Source: Sminthopsis crassicaudata
Taxonomy: Eukaryota
Length of the DNA stretch: 64,000 bases
NCBI RefSeq assembly: GCF_048593235.1
Contig: NC_133619.1
Location: 324,454 to 388,453, forward strand
Direction: 5' to 3'
Below are positions 11,901-24,004 of this stretch, piece by piece. The notes beneath the pieces were generated by a model that saw only the letters and a list, made by a program, of their open reading frames with translations, searched no databases and was not told where the DNA came from. Each line of letters begins with the position of its first letter. Within the stretch, counting starts at the first letter, position 1. A program made the position numbers and the translations under genes.

Positions 11901-14900
11901 TCTTTACAGAAATAATCTCAACAGAGGATTGGAGGAGCTAGATTGGTCCTGACTAGGCCAGGTTACTAGAAGAAAAATAATAGCAGCACCCATGACTTAC
12001 AGGCTCATACCAATCTACCACAGGGTTTCCTTATGGAGCTAGAAAAAATAAGGACCAAACTCCAAAGGAAGAGCAAAATCTCAAGAGAAACGATGAAAAG
12101 GATGGGGGGAGGGGTGGCTCAGAAGCCCCAGCTCTCTATACTACAAAGCAGTAATCCTGAAAACCATTTGGGGTTGGTGTGGAGCAGATGTCACTCGGGG
12201 GATAGATGAATAAAAGCAAGTGAACCCAGTAGCCAAGTGCTGAAGAAGCCCCCAAACAGCTGGGAACGCCGGATAGGCCGGCATCTTATCCTGTATGTTA
12301 AGCTAAGGTCCAAAGGGACACACGGCATAAAGGGTGAGGAGCCTGGAAATTACCGGGCAGATCTAGGATGACCAAGTGGGCTTAGGGAGGCTCACAGGAG
12401 ATAAAGTGGATCCTTGGGTCGTATAAAATTTAGAGTTTTCGCAGAAATGAAACCGATGTGGCTACAATCAGAAGGGAAGCCCGTAATCTGCAGCAAGTTT
12501 ATTTGCTCAAGAGCTCATTTGGAAGATATTGTTAGGAGGTGGTTCTGATTTTGTAAGAATTAGACTAATTTGTAGTTTTCTAGGGAAGAAATGCGCCCTC
12601 TCCACAGCCATGGAAAGATGCTCTAAAGCACTAGTTACTAGAGAAATGCTGCCATTTCACCTCGCTCCTATTAAGTTAGCGAAGATTACGAGCAGGGAAA
12701 TAGCCATGGCAGTGCCCCGGGAGTAGAGTTGTGACTTGGTCCAGATGTTTTGGAAAGCGCCAGGGAGCCCTCTCCCCAAAGTTCTTAAGCCCCTCTGAAG
12801 ACTGCACTGGGAAGGCAAAGGCCCTATGGGCCCGAAATGTTTGTGGCAGCTTTTTTGGGGGAATGGTTGAACAGATCGTGATGGATGGTACTCATAATAA
12901 AAATAGGAACATTGATGTCAAGCTTACTGTGGGCTGGTACTGGACTGAATAATGTCTTGTTGATTCTCACAACCACCATTGGAGGTAGATGCTGTTATTA
13001 TCCCATTTCATAGCTGAGGAAACTGAGGCAGAAGGATTCAGTGACGAGGCTAGGGAATGCCTGGTCTTCTGGGCTTGCGCCCGGGTGGCCCCTCTTGCTG
13101 TGTGGGTTTGCTTGCACCCAGCTGGTTTCATGCTCCCATGCTCCACTTTGGACCCTGTGGGTCCTCGGATGTCTGTTCCCATTTGTTCCAGGGTCCCATT
13201 GGGCTGCCTGGGACCGAGCAGGACCAGGCTCTCCCGGCTTTGCAGTCTCTGCAAGTTCTTTTCTCCTCAAGTTCTTCCTCTGGCATGAATGCAGTGTCTG
13301 CTGGGTGGTGAGAAAGGAAAGGCCATGGTGTAATTCCCACCATGGGCCAGTGGTCCACCCAGACCTCCAGAGTGGTTTCAGATGAGCGTGACCTGCTGGT
13401 TCTGTCTCCTCTGCTCTTACTGCACGGTTGCATTCCCTTGGCCAGAGACCACAGTTGATTGAACTAGTTTGAGCGGAGGTCTCTGGGCCCAGAGGGGCAG
13501 GTTCTCAGGGTTTTGAGGTTTCGGTCTCTTCTCGGTATGACCCGGGAAGAGGGATGTGATGATGAGCCCCAGGGTGGGACCTGCCCACGACAGTCCTGGC
13601 TGCTTCCCTAAGGCCCTTGGAGCCCATTCCGAAGGACCTCTTCTCCGCCTCTCGGATTCGGCCAGTTTGTGCCCGTGATGCAAGTCGTCCTTCTGTTAGC
13701 GGTTTCCACGTCTCAGAGCGACGACCCTTCTGGGTGCCAGGGACAGTATTAAATTTTGTAGATCACAGACAGGACCCAAGCAGCCCGGGGAGACCGAGGA
13801 CGGGCTTGGCTGGCTGGGTTCCTCTTGGGTCCAACAGTAGAGGACCACACATGGGCGTGGATGCCACAGAGGGCAGTGGCAGAGGAGAGTCGGGGCCTTG
13901 GGATGGGATTGTGGGGAGTGGGAGGCACGATGGGAGAGAGTCCAAGGTGACCCCCAGCCTGAGGGGTTCAGCTCCTCGCCAGCGCTCGTGTACCTTGACG
14001 GTGACGGGGAAGTGAGCAGGAAAAAGGGAAAAAAATGTCACATTGGACACAAGGAGCTAAGGGTGGTTTCAGAAGATCCATTTGGAGAGATGAGGGACTT
14101 TGGGGCAAGCTGGGTAAATGTGATGGATGAGCCGAGGTGAGAATCGAAGCGGGTCCCGGGCTCAAGTTTGAGCAAGACCCTGGAACGCAGGAGACAGACA
14201 GGAGCTGATAGACAGGGGGGAGGAGGAGGAGAACCAGGAGAGAGAGAGGAATTGAGGCCATTGGAAGGTGGAAGGCAGAGGGGATGAGAAAAGCAGGAGG
14301 GGCCGTCTGTTGGGGAGGCCTTTCTGCAGGCAGAAAAGTCAGAGGAGGACATTTCGTAGGGATTCAAGGGTCACGGAGGGCCTTTTCGGCATGGGGGAGA
14401 TGCGGGAAGCATCCCGAGGCAGGGAGGGGTTGAAGATAACCAGAAGAGTGGAGGTGACAGAGAGGGGTGGTCCACAGGAGATGGGCTGGCAAGGGATCAC
14501 TTGGGCAAGCAGAGGCAATGGAGCGCTTCCTGTTTGCCTGTCCCTGCCCTGCAGGAGCTGAACGGATGTAAAGGAGAGTTGGAAGGAGTCGGGAGGGATT
14601 AGGGCTGCAGGTGTGGGAACGGAGCAGAGAAAGCCTGCCCAGGTTCTGGAAGGCGGTCTAGCTGGGAGAGCAAAGTCCAGGACACAAGGAAACGGGAGGT
14701 GATCAGAGGAGACCGAGAGAGGGGGTGGCTGGTGAGCAGGGCAAGAGACGCCCCGGCTGACCGAGCCTGGAAGGACAAGCAGGGGAGACCCAGGAGTTGG
14801 CGGCGTCTGTTTTGTGTTTTCTTGGTCAGCAAATGACTACACTTTTGCAAGAAAAATTCTTCTGTGTTTTCTGAGACCTCTGACCCTTGTCAGTAACTGC

Positions 14901-17900
14901 ATTGATCGGATTCCCCATTTGGCGCCCTTCCCGGGGTCTCGGAAGGCGCTGTGGTCATCATCATCTTCATTTAGCATCATCAGGATCTTTATTTAGGGTT
15001 TTTAAATGAAATTAAATCAAAATCTCCGCCAAAAGGAGATGATACTTGATCGAGCCTTTCTAGACATCTATTATTTTAGGCCACAGTGTTGGATTTGAAC
15101 GGGCTAAAAATGTGTCTGCTCTCACATACTTCTGACGCTGAGCTTGATCATACCATAGGCCTTTGCGTTCTTAGTGGCAACTCTTCCCTCCCTCGAAACT
15201 GGGCGTCAGTCCTTAAACGGCAATCCGTGTGCCAGCGCTGCTAGACAAAATGCTTAGAAGGGTTTCTCTCCTCCCTCCTTCCCTCCCTTCCCCTTTTCTC
15301 CCTCCCTCTTCTTCTCTCTTTCCTTCCCCCCTCTCTCCTCTTCCCCTCTTCCTTTGTCTCTGTCTCTCCCCCCCCCCCGCCCCTTTCTCTTCCGTGACAT
15401 TTTGTAGAGACGGTCCGTGACTATGAACACCAGTTTCACCACAGGCTGGAGCAGGAGCGAACGCAGTGGGCTCAGTACCGAGAAGCTGCAGAGAGGGAGA
15501 TCGCGGACCTACGCAGGAGGCTGTCGGAAGAGCAGGAGGAGGAAAACCTGGAGAACGAGATGAAAAAGGTATCCCGTCCTTTGTGTGTTGGTGGGCGTGT
15601 GGTCCTACGGGGGAGCACGGAGTCCCTTCCCCAAAGTCCTGACTCCCCCATTGTAGATTGGGTTGTGAGAAGAGAGCCGGAGCTCCTCCCAAGCCACACA
15701 GTTGGCTGCCCGACTGCCCCTCGACCATGAGATGTTATCGGAGGGGCCAGAGAAGGCAATTCGCTGGTTGGCGGGACGTTTGCCCGGACACCTTGCTCCA
15801 GGAAGCAGCCATGTTTGGCCCTCTGAGGGCTGTTGTGGGGCAAAGCCTCCGGGTTCGGGCCGAGGCCGATGGGGAGAAGGACTCCCCGAAGGGGCCAGGT
15901 CCTTCCACTGCCCCTGCGGCGGGGGAGCACTGAAGGGATGAAGGGGACATCCCCAAGCAGCAGCTTGCGACAGACGGTGGCTTTTGTGCTGGGGAGAAGC
16001 GTGATCGTTCTAAAGTTTCCGGCCTGGGGTGAAGTTGGTGGCTGGTGGAAGATGGGAAGAGGAACACCCCAACATGATGAGCCCAGGGCCTGCTCCCCCA
16101 AAGACCGAAGGGTCCTGATGCTAAAACTTGAGCGTGGCTGGAAGGAAGGCAAGGGCCCGTGCTCCCGAGCCAGTCCTTGGTAGAGGCGCCCGTGGCGCAC
16201 CTTCTCAGGCCTTTCCAAAGAATCGGTCTCTGCTACTGATGCTTTCCCTCCTGTTTTCTGCTTTAATGAGGGATTGCTCTCTGGGAAGGGAAAAGGGCAG
16301 GGATTTTTTTTTTTTTTTTGAATAGAGTTTTCAAAAACAGATCAAAAATGTTATCCAGAAGACTTTAGGACCCAAGAAAATCAAGTCATTTTCTTTTCCC
16401 ATTTTTATAAAGATTCTTGGCCAAGGATTTTTCTCTCCCCCTAAGAAGTAAAGCATGCTGTTTTCACCACATGACGGAAGTGCTGCTCCTCCAGATAACC
16501 CTTGTCAAAAGATGCATTCTGTTGCAATTGTTTCTGGTTCCACCCCATCTCCCTAAATTGTTCGTGGAAATAGTTGGGGAAATGAAGTTTTTCTTTGTGC
16601 CTCGGTGGAGGGCAGAGAAATCCAGGGTCCTCCAGCCAGAGGGGGATGGGAAGCATTCCCAGATATTCTGAGAATTTTTCTCCCTTCCTGCTTAGAGCTG
16701 CAGCCCAACGGCGCTGCTCCTTGAGGTAATGCGGGAGGAGAAGCTGGCTTGGGGACAGTGAGTTTTGTGGGGTCACCGATTCTTGTCATGATGCCGTCTC
16801 TGTTCCTCCCCCCTTTGGGAAATCTCCTTAGTGCCAAGTTTTACACACCCGAAGAGCCTCATATAAAACAGCGTTTTGTATTCTGGACTGGACCAATAAG
16901 TGATGCGAGGTGTCTGCCTGATTAAAGGCGCCGGCCTTGTCTTTCCCTTCAGTCACTCCGGACTCTCTGCCAGGCCCTGGAGGCGTAAACACTCCAGCAC
17001 GACTCAGTCTCCTACTCCAGAGTTACACTCCCATGGGCGAGAGCCACCCAAAGGGAGGAAGGGTCCCTACAGGCAGACACGAGACTTCTGTCTAGTCCCG
17101 TGGTGACCTTTCTGAGAAATAGGTGTCGAGACCGGGCAGTGGGCTTTAATATGTGATTTTAAAGTCTTTGGGAGTAGCCAGAACACAGACTTCTTACCTT
17201 CTGTTCACCTCAGGCCCAAGAGGATGCGGAGAAACTACGTTCTGTGGTGATGCCGATGGAGAAGGAGATAGCGGCTCTGAAGGACAAACTGACCGAGGCC
17301 GAGGAGAAGATCAAGGAGCTGGAGGCCTCCAAGGTGGGCTCTCGGCCTGCTCGGGTCCGTTCCTTCTGCTACGGTCCATGCCAGCCTTGGGCCTGCGAGG
17401 ATGAGTCAGTGCCACGAAACATAATATTGTCTTTGGCCCCCCCGGGGGTGGGCGCAGCGCAGCCCTTGGGACCGACCGCTGGGCTTCTTTCAGGTGAGAG
17501 AGCTGAATCACTACCTGGAGGCGGAGAAGTCCTGTCGCACCGACCTGGAGATGTACGTGGCCGTGCTGAATACCCAGAAGTCCGTGTTACAGGAAGACGC
17601 CGAGAAGCTGCGGAAAGAACTGCACGAAGGTGAGCGCAGGCACTGTGCCCCCCGACCGGGGCCCCCGGGTGGGCTCCGGTGCCGCCTCCTGGTCCGGAAT
17701 GCCTTTTGGGAGTTCTGTCATTCCTCCTTGCCCAGATTCAGAGGGGTCGGGGGGTGCTCCCCCAGCTGGGCCCTGGGCCCGCCTCCAGCCCTGGCCGCCT
17801 CTCCTTTGGGGGTGGTCGGCAGATGGGGCCAGGCCCTCTGCGGGCCTTGCTCGAGAGTCTGTCCGGGACTCCTGACGGGGGAGGAAGGGCCTGAGGCCTC

Positions 17901-20900
17901 CTTGTTGCCACTGGGCCGTGAGCCCGGCAGGGGGCCTCGTGCTTCCTTGGGGACCCACAGGTGGGGGGCCGCCCTGTCAGCCGTGTGTGGGCTTTCCTGC
18001 TCTGGCCGGATCTTCTGCCCTTTTCACAAAGGGATTCCCTTCTCGTCTTGCTCTGGGGGGGCCAAGTGGGGAGGAGCTCCAGGTCTCCAGTTTGTGCCCT
18101 GAGTGTGCACACGTGAGGGTGGGGGTATCTGTGAGGGAGTCTGTGTGTGCGAGAGCGCACCCCTACCAGCCCCCAGCCCCCACCGGCCCAGGCTTCCGGG
18201 ATGGGGGGCGGCCTCCGGGCCCCTGGCAGGGCGCTCACGCCTGGCATCGCTCGCCCAGTGTGCCGCCTGCTGGAGCAGGAGCGCCAGCAGCACAACCAGC
18301 TCAAGCACACGTGGCAGAGGGCCAACGACCAGTTCCTGGAGTCGCAGCGGCTGCTCATGAGGGACATGCAGCGGCTGGAGGTGGTGCTGACCTCGGAGCA
18401 GTTGCGGCAGGTGGAGGAGCGCAAGAAGAGGGATCAGGTGGGACCCCGTGCCCCAGGGGAAGGGGGGCTGGCCGAGGGGGGCCGGGGCGCGGGCCTGAGC
18501 TCTGGTTGGCTTCAGGAGGAAGATGAGCAGGAAAGAGTCAGCAAGAGGAAGGAGCCCGAGAAGACGGAGGCCGACGAGGAGGCCAGAGTCCCCATGGTCT
18601 TTGCTCCGGTACAGGACGAGGCCTGCCCTCACTCGGAGGAGGTAAAGGCCGGCGCCCACCCTCGTCCTGCTCGGGGGTCAGAGATGGGGATAGAGAGGGA
18701 TACAGAGACAGAGAGACAAGAGAGATGGAGATAGAGAGAAAGAGAAGGGAGGAAGGAGAGGTGGGGGCTGAAGTGGGTCCCCAAATCACCACTGACTCCC
18801 TGGCTGTTCCAAGGGTTCGTTGCCCACCGTAGGGGTCCCCAGGCTTCAGTCCCATTGCCTCCTCCTTCCGTGCCCCCTCACCTCCAGCGCTTCCCCTACC
18901 GGGTTCTGGGTCTCTGCCACACGGGTGAGGTTGCCCCGGCCCTCGGCCTCAGGCCTCCGAGGGGACGCGGTTCCCTCGCCGCCAGCGTCACCAGTTGTCT
19001 CTGACGGCGATGCCCCGGACACCCTTTAAGAGGGTACGAGGTGCCAGGAGCCGTCCCCCTTCTCGGGACGTGCCGCCGGCCCGGCTCCTCGTCCCGCTCT
19101 GTCGCCCGGGCGAATCCTGGGGCGAGCCGGCGCAGACGACGTGCTGCTCCCGGCCTCGGCCCAGGGCTTGTGCAGCTCAGGAAAGGGGCTTCCCGTTGCC
19201 GTTTTGGGGTTTTCAGGAGCATCTGGACAGCGCCCACGGCTCGGTCCACTCGCTGGATGCCGACCTGCTGCTGCCGTCGGGCGATCCCTTCGGCAAAGCG
19301 GACAGTGACGTGTTCAAGGACGGCCTTCGCAGGGCGCAGTCCACGGACAGCCTGGGAACCTCGGGGTCCTTGCAGTCCAAAAGCCTGGGCTACAACAACA
19401 AGGCAAAGTCGGCCGGGAACCTCGACGAGTCCGACTTTGGCCCGCTGGTGGGCGCCGACTCCGTGAGCGAGAACTTCGACACGGCCTCGCTGGGGTCCCT
19501 GCAGATGCCCAGTGGCTTTATGTTGACCAAAGATCAGGAAAAGGCCATCAAGGCCATGACTCCTGAGCAGGAGGAGACCGCTTCCCTCCTCTCCAGCGTG
19601 ACCCAGGGGGTGGAGAGCGCCTACGTCTCTCCCAGCGGCTACCGCCTGGTCAGTGAGACCGAGTGGAATCTGCTGCAGAAGGAGGTGAGCGCCCTCCCGG
19701 GCTCGGGCCGGCAGCCCTCGGCCGTCCCGGGCCGTCCCGGGCCTGGGTTTACGGTCCCTGGGTGTCCTCCCCCACGACGCCAGGCAGGCTGAGTTCTGTC
19801 GGGGTTCTACGAGCGCCTGCCCTAGCTCCGCCTCCCCCAGGTCCGAAGAGAGCGGCAGCGCCCCCGAGAAGGCAGGGGCTCGCTTGGTCCTGGCCCTCAG
19901 CTCTTCCTTCCAAAGCTGCCCCCCACGCGGGGGAAAGCAGCCTCCTCATGACTTTTTAAGGGGGCTGCTAAGGTGGGAGGGGGCCCAGCCAGCTGGGCCT
20001 AAGGGGAAGGCTCTCCGGCCTCTGCCCCCCTGGGAGGAGACTGCCTGGCTGCCCTGCTTCCAGCCTGAGGCCCAGGGCCCATCCGGCATCCACGTCTCTG
20101 TGGCGTCAGCGGGCGGTCACGGCTGTCTTCCCATCAGTCTCTGTTAGTGTTTCCTGCCTGTTTCCCTTGAAGAATTAGGGTGAGGGTCTCCCTGGAGCAT
20201 TTTGGCTTTGGGGCCTCCCCCCGTCCCCTGCCTCTGACCGGTGGTCGTGCTCCTTAGGTGCAGAACGCTGGGAACAAGCTTGGCCGGCGCTGTGACATGT
20301 GTTCCAACTACGAGAAGCAGCTCCAGGGCATCCAGACCCAGGAGGCAGAGACACGCGACCAGGTGAGCGCCTCCAAAGCCGCCACGGGGGGCGCCCTCGC
20401 CCGACTAGCTGGGGAGGCAAGCACAGGAGCCGGGTATTTATTAAGCACCTACTGTGTGCTCTAGGCACTGTGCCTTCCCCCCCAGAGCTAGAGCCTAAAA
20501 GCACCCCCCCCCCCACCAAGGCCTCAAGCGGCCTTAGAGCCTCCCCTGCCACCCGCTACAGGTGAAGAAGCTTCAGGGGATGCTCAGGCAGGTGAACGAC
20601 CAGCTGGAGAAGATGGCAAAGGACAAGCAAGAGCTGGAAGAGCTGATGAGGCAGAGCTCGGAGGAGTCGGCCCAGCAGGTGCGAGGCCCACATCCTCCCC
20701 CGGGGTCACCAGGCCTCCAGGCCGTGGCCCACATCCTCCGGGGCCTCCAGGCCGTGGCCCACATCCTCCCGGGGCCTCCGGGCCGTGGCTCACATCCTCC
20801 AGGCCGTGGCCCAGTCCTCCCCCAGGGTCGGGGCTCCCTGGGCCTCGGGCCCTGCTCTGCCGCACTGGGCCTGGGTGGGGTGGGGTCAGACGCGGTCCCT

Positions 20901-22732
20901 GCGTGACCGGGGGAGGCCCCTGAGCCGAGGGTCTGTCCTTGCTGCCCCAGATCTCGGCCCTGGCGCTCCAGACCCGCGCCTCGGAGCTGGCACTGAGCGA
21001 GCTTCAGCAAGCCTTCTCACAGGCCCAGAGGAACGCCCAAGAGCAGATGGTAATTGGGGGCTCCTGCCTGCAAGGTTGGGCTGGGCTGGGGCCCCCGTGC
21101 TGCCTCGGTTTCCCCAGGGTTGGGGCGGGGATCGGAGAGGTGCCAAGGACCACGGGCAGCACACACGAGGCGCTGCCCGTAGGGACTCCTCCCACTTCTG
21201 GCCTTTGCCCGGCTCCTGCCCAGATCCCAGGCCCGGCCCACTCGGTGCCATCTTTGGGGGCTCTCTTCAGCCTGAGGCTTTGCCCCCAACCCTACTCCCC
21301 AGACTCAGCTGCAGTCCCACAGTGGGGGGGGTGCAGGGAGGGGTGAAGGGGGCGGGGCAGGAGAGAAGGGAGAAAGGTGCGTCCTCCGTCCCAGGGCGTG
21401 CTCATGCAGTCGCGGGAGCAGGTCTCGGAGGAGCTGGCCCGGCTGCAGAAGGAGAACGAGAGCTTGCTGGGGAAGCACGGCCTGCACCTGGCCTTGCAGC
21501 AGGCCGAGGACTTCGTCCTGCCGGAGGCTGCCGAGGTATCGGCCCCGGGGTACGGGGGAGGCGCCCCCGGGTAACGGGGCGGGCCCAGCGGCCCCCCCGC
21601 CCCCGTGCGGCCCCTCCCGCCTGAGCCCGCCCTCCTCTCCCAGGAGCTGCGGGAGCTGGTGCTGAGGTATCGCGAGAGCATGGTGAGCGCCCGCACGGCG
21701 GCCGACCACGCGGAGGAGAAGCTCAAGGCCGAGATCCTCTTCCTGAAGGAGCAGATCCAGGCCGAGCAGTGTCTGAAGGAGAACCTGGAGGAGACGCTGC
21801 AGCTGGAGATCGAGACCTGCAAGGAGGAGATCGGTACGGGCGCGGGGGAGGGGGAGGGGGAAAGTCGGGGAGCGGTGGGGGGGGGTGGGGGCGGGGAGGA
21901 GCCCGGACCACAAGCCAAACTTCCGAAATGCCCTTCCAGCGTCCATCTCTAGCCTGAAAGCCGAGCTGGAGAGACTGAAAGCTGACAAGGAGCAGGTGGG
22001 TGCTTCTTGGGGAGGGGGCGGGGGAGCCGTGGCCACCCCCGGGGCCTGCTCCTCACACTCTTCTCCCCCCGCAGTTGGAGTCCGGCCTCCGAGAGCGGAC
22101 GGAGCAGCTGGAGAGCCTGCGGCAGGCCGAGATGACGCTGGAGGAACAGCTCAAGAGGGAGACGGCGGCCAAGGTGGCTGGGCGGCCTCCCTCTCTCCGG
22201 GCTCGGTTTGCTCATCTCTAGGATGGGCCGAGGGGCCGGGGGCGGCCCCCCCCCATCCTGTCGGCATCGCCCTAAAGGGCCTTAGGGGCGGACTCCGGGC
22301 CGGCAGGGCCCGCGCCTGTCCCAGGGGAGGTCTGCCCTTGGGGCCCCATCTGGGAGGGGGATCATCGCTGGGCCCGGGCTCGTTTGGGACCCCTGGCAGA
22401 GCGCCCCCCGACCCCGCGTCTTTTGCAGACCAACGTGGAGCAGCTGATGTTTGAGGAGAAGAACAAAGCCCAGCGTCTGCAGACGGAGCTGGACGTCAGT
22501 GAGCAGGTGCAGAGAGACTTCGTCAAACTGTCGCAGACGCTGCAGGTGAGGGCGGGCCCTGGGGGGGCGGGGCGGGGGCGGCACCTCCCCCTCCTCCGCC
22601 GCTGACCGCCGTCCCCCCCCGGCCCCCCAGGTCCAGCTGGAGCGGATCCGGCAGGCGGACTCCCTGGAGAGAATCCGGGCCATCCTGAACGACACCAAGC
22701 TGACGGACATTAACCAGCTCCCCGAGACATGA
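5991..22732 (+). CDS. RABEP1: Rabaptin-5 / Rab GTPase-binding effector protein 1, coding exons 2-18 (5'-partial; exon 1 with the ATG is upstream of the window)
   Basis: Exons, all with AG/GT boundaries: 5991-6119, 11441-11644, 15408-15568, 17214-17333, 17494-17629, 18259-18437, 18516-18641, 19217-19684, 20258-20362, 20562-20678, 20951-21049, 21395-21535, 21644-21833, 21940-21995, 22075-22173, 22429-22545, 22631-22732 (TGA). The translation matches Rabaptin-5: VSLQQRVAELEKVNAEFLR..., DESDFGPLVGADS (caspase site and FGPLV GAE-binding motif), CDMCSNYEKQLQ, ...LTDINQLPET*. Phases are consistent throughout, and exon 8 is 6 nt shorter than I recall for human. Confidence 0.98.
7680..7870 (+). mobile_element. 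MIR/MAR-type CORE-SINE remnant
   Basis: ctggagtcaagaagagctgagttcaaatc...tgcctcagtttccttgaatgtaaaatagg...gtaaagtgcttagc. Confidence 0.65.
9001..9151 (+). mobile_element. WSINE1-like SINE preceded by a G-rich tract
   Basis: Same head and body as 223-366. Candidate TSD CAAATAC at 8960-8966 and 9152-9158; G tract at 8968-9000. Confidence 0.88.
9180..11087 (+). mobile_element. L1 ORF2 remnant (5' part, up to the start of the RT domain) with nested younger insertions
   Basis: A-rich tract. 10948-11087 translates LQNIDAKILSKMLLNQLQ...PEMQ, matching the L1 ORF2 motif LMNIDAKILNKIL...PGMQGWFNI. A nested MAR1-like piece lies near 9720-9830 and a SINE at 10592-10739. Confidence 0.75.
10592..10739 (-). 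mobile_element. WSINE1-like SINE (antisense) with 13-bp TSD
   Basis: Poly-T followed by the reverse complement of the SINE, ending ...cacctagctgccc. TSD CCCTAAATGAACT at 10579-10591 and 10740-10752. Confidence 0.9.
11690..11811. repeat. 51-52 bp tandem repeat, ~2.4 copies, at the start of RABEP1 intron 3
   Basis: gctgctgacctttggtcc recurs at 11690, 11742 and 11793. Confidence 0.85.
11870..12900 (+). mobile_element. L1 ORF2 remnant (post-RT / C-terminal part)
   Basis: Decayed matches to L1 ORF2 motifs: aaaacactctttacagaaataa (KTLFTEI), ataccaatctaccacagggtttccttatggagctagaaaaa (IPIKLP..FF.ELEK), ctatactacaaagcagtaatc (LYYKAVV) and CSKALVTREM...FHLAPIKLAKIT (CSKSL.IREM...YHLTPIRLAK). Confidence 0.75.
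12960..13032 (-). mobile_element. MIR core fragment
   Basis: gattctcacaacc...gtagatgctgttattatcccatttcatagctgaggaaactgaggcaga. Confidence 0.7.
20686..20812. repeat. ~30-bp tandem repeat, ~4 copies, in RABEP1 intron 11
   Basis: Unit ggcctccaggccgtggcccacatcctccgg repeated with small variants. Confidence 0.85.
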
Positions 22733-23741
22733 CGGCCCGAGCCGCGGACGCCCAGACTGCACTTGGGGTTTTTAACTCATCTTTATAGCGATGTTAATTA
22801 TTATTTAACTCTTAACGGAAGGATCTGAAGAGAACAGGGAAGGAGCAAAGACTTGGTTGGGCCGGCCGGCCGCGGGAGAGGACGTCTTGGCGGGAGCTCG
22901 GCGGCCCTCCCGCGCTTGGCGTCCGGCCTCCCCCGGGGGCCCCGGCCGCCGCCCGACGCGGTCCAGGGCTTTTGGAACTATACTGACGGGCCGAGGAGGG
23001 CGGCGGCCGGACGGCAGCGCCCTCGCTTTCCGCCGGGCCGGACCGCCACAGGGTTCGGCTAGGAGACGGGGCGGGTCTGCCGGAGGAATATTTTATATTA
23101 AAATACGACTTGGCGAGCAGGTGGTCGGGCGGCGAGGGCAGCGCCAGGCCAGCACAAAGCCGCCGTCTCGCCCGGGGCCCCGCCAACTTCCCCAAGTGAA
23201 CCCGCTTAGGTCGGAGTGGACGCGAGGCTCCGGGGGCGCCAGAGGTGGGAGAAAAGCACAAACACGTGACCCGGAAGCCCTTGTCCACCCAGAGCCGCCG
23301 CCTCGGGAGGACCCCGCCCGTGGCGGCCAGCCTCCCTCCCTCCCCCCTCAACTTCTCTGTAGGAAGACTGAAAGCGCCCGGACCCCGCCTGGGGAAAACG
23401 GCCGGCTGCTTAATAACTGCCGGAGGGCTTTCTTGTGGGTAGCTTTAGTGATAGCTGCATTAATTGGGGGGGGTCACCTCTAAGCCCCGCCCTGGAGGAA
23501 GCACCCCGCTGAGGCTGCTGGAGTGACCTTGGGGGCCGCAGATGGATCCAAAGGGAAGGGACGCCGAGGTCCCCGGCATCTGTTCCGACAGCTGAAGCAG
23601 CCCCCCCTTCCCCGTTCTGTACCCCCGCTCCCCAGAGACAGAGTAGCGGCCAAGCGCCGTCAGCGTCTTGTGCGATTGTGGCTGTCAATCAACTGTAACC
23701 ATTGTTAACTGTACTGAAGGTGTGTCCTGAAGCGTGTGCGC

Positions 23742-23747
23742 ATTAAA
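23742..23747 (+). terminator. Probable RABEP1 polyadenylation signal (ATTAAA)
   Basis: ATTAAA lies ~1 kb after the stop, is followed by a GT-rich downstream element (gtgtgtgtgtg), and sits just before the NUP88 3' end. Confidence 0.6.
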
Positions 23748-23916
23748 AACAAAAGCTGCTGCCCACTGGGGCGTGTGTGTGTGCGCGCGCGGGAGCCCCC
23801 GCCGGGGCGTGGGGGGGGCCCGTGTGGGTGTGTGCGCGCGCAGCCCCCCTCCCTCCTCTCACCCCCTCAGTGCCCACAAGAAGCCCAGCCCCCTCACGGC
23901 TTCATTACAAAAAGTA

Positions 23917-23922
23917 TTTATT
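23917..23922 (-). terminator. NUP88 polyadenylation signal (AATAAA on minus)
   Basis: TTTATT on plus, 83 nt downstream of the NUP88 stop, within an AT-rich island in GC-rich surroundings. Confidence 0.75.
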
Positions 23923-24004
23923 TGCTATCTATCGTTACAAAACCAAATGGGTGGAGCCCCCCACCGGCTCCGGCGAGCAGGGCAGTGCGGTGGGCAGCGC
24001 CGGG

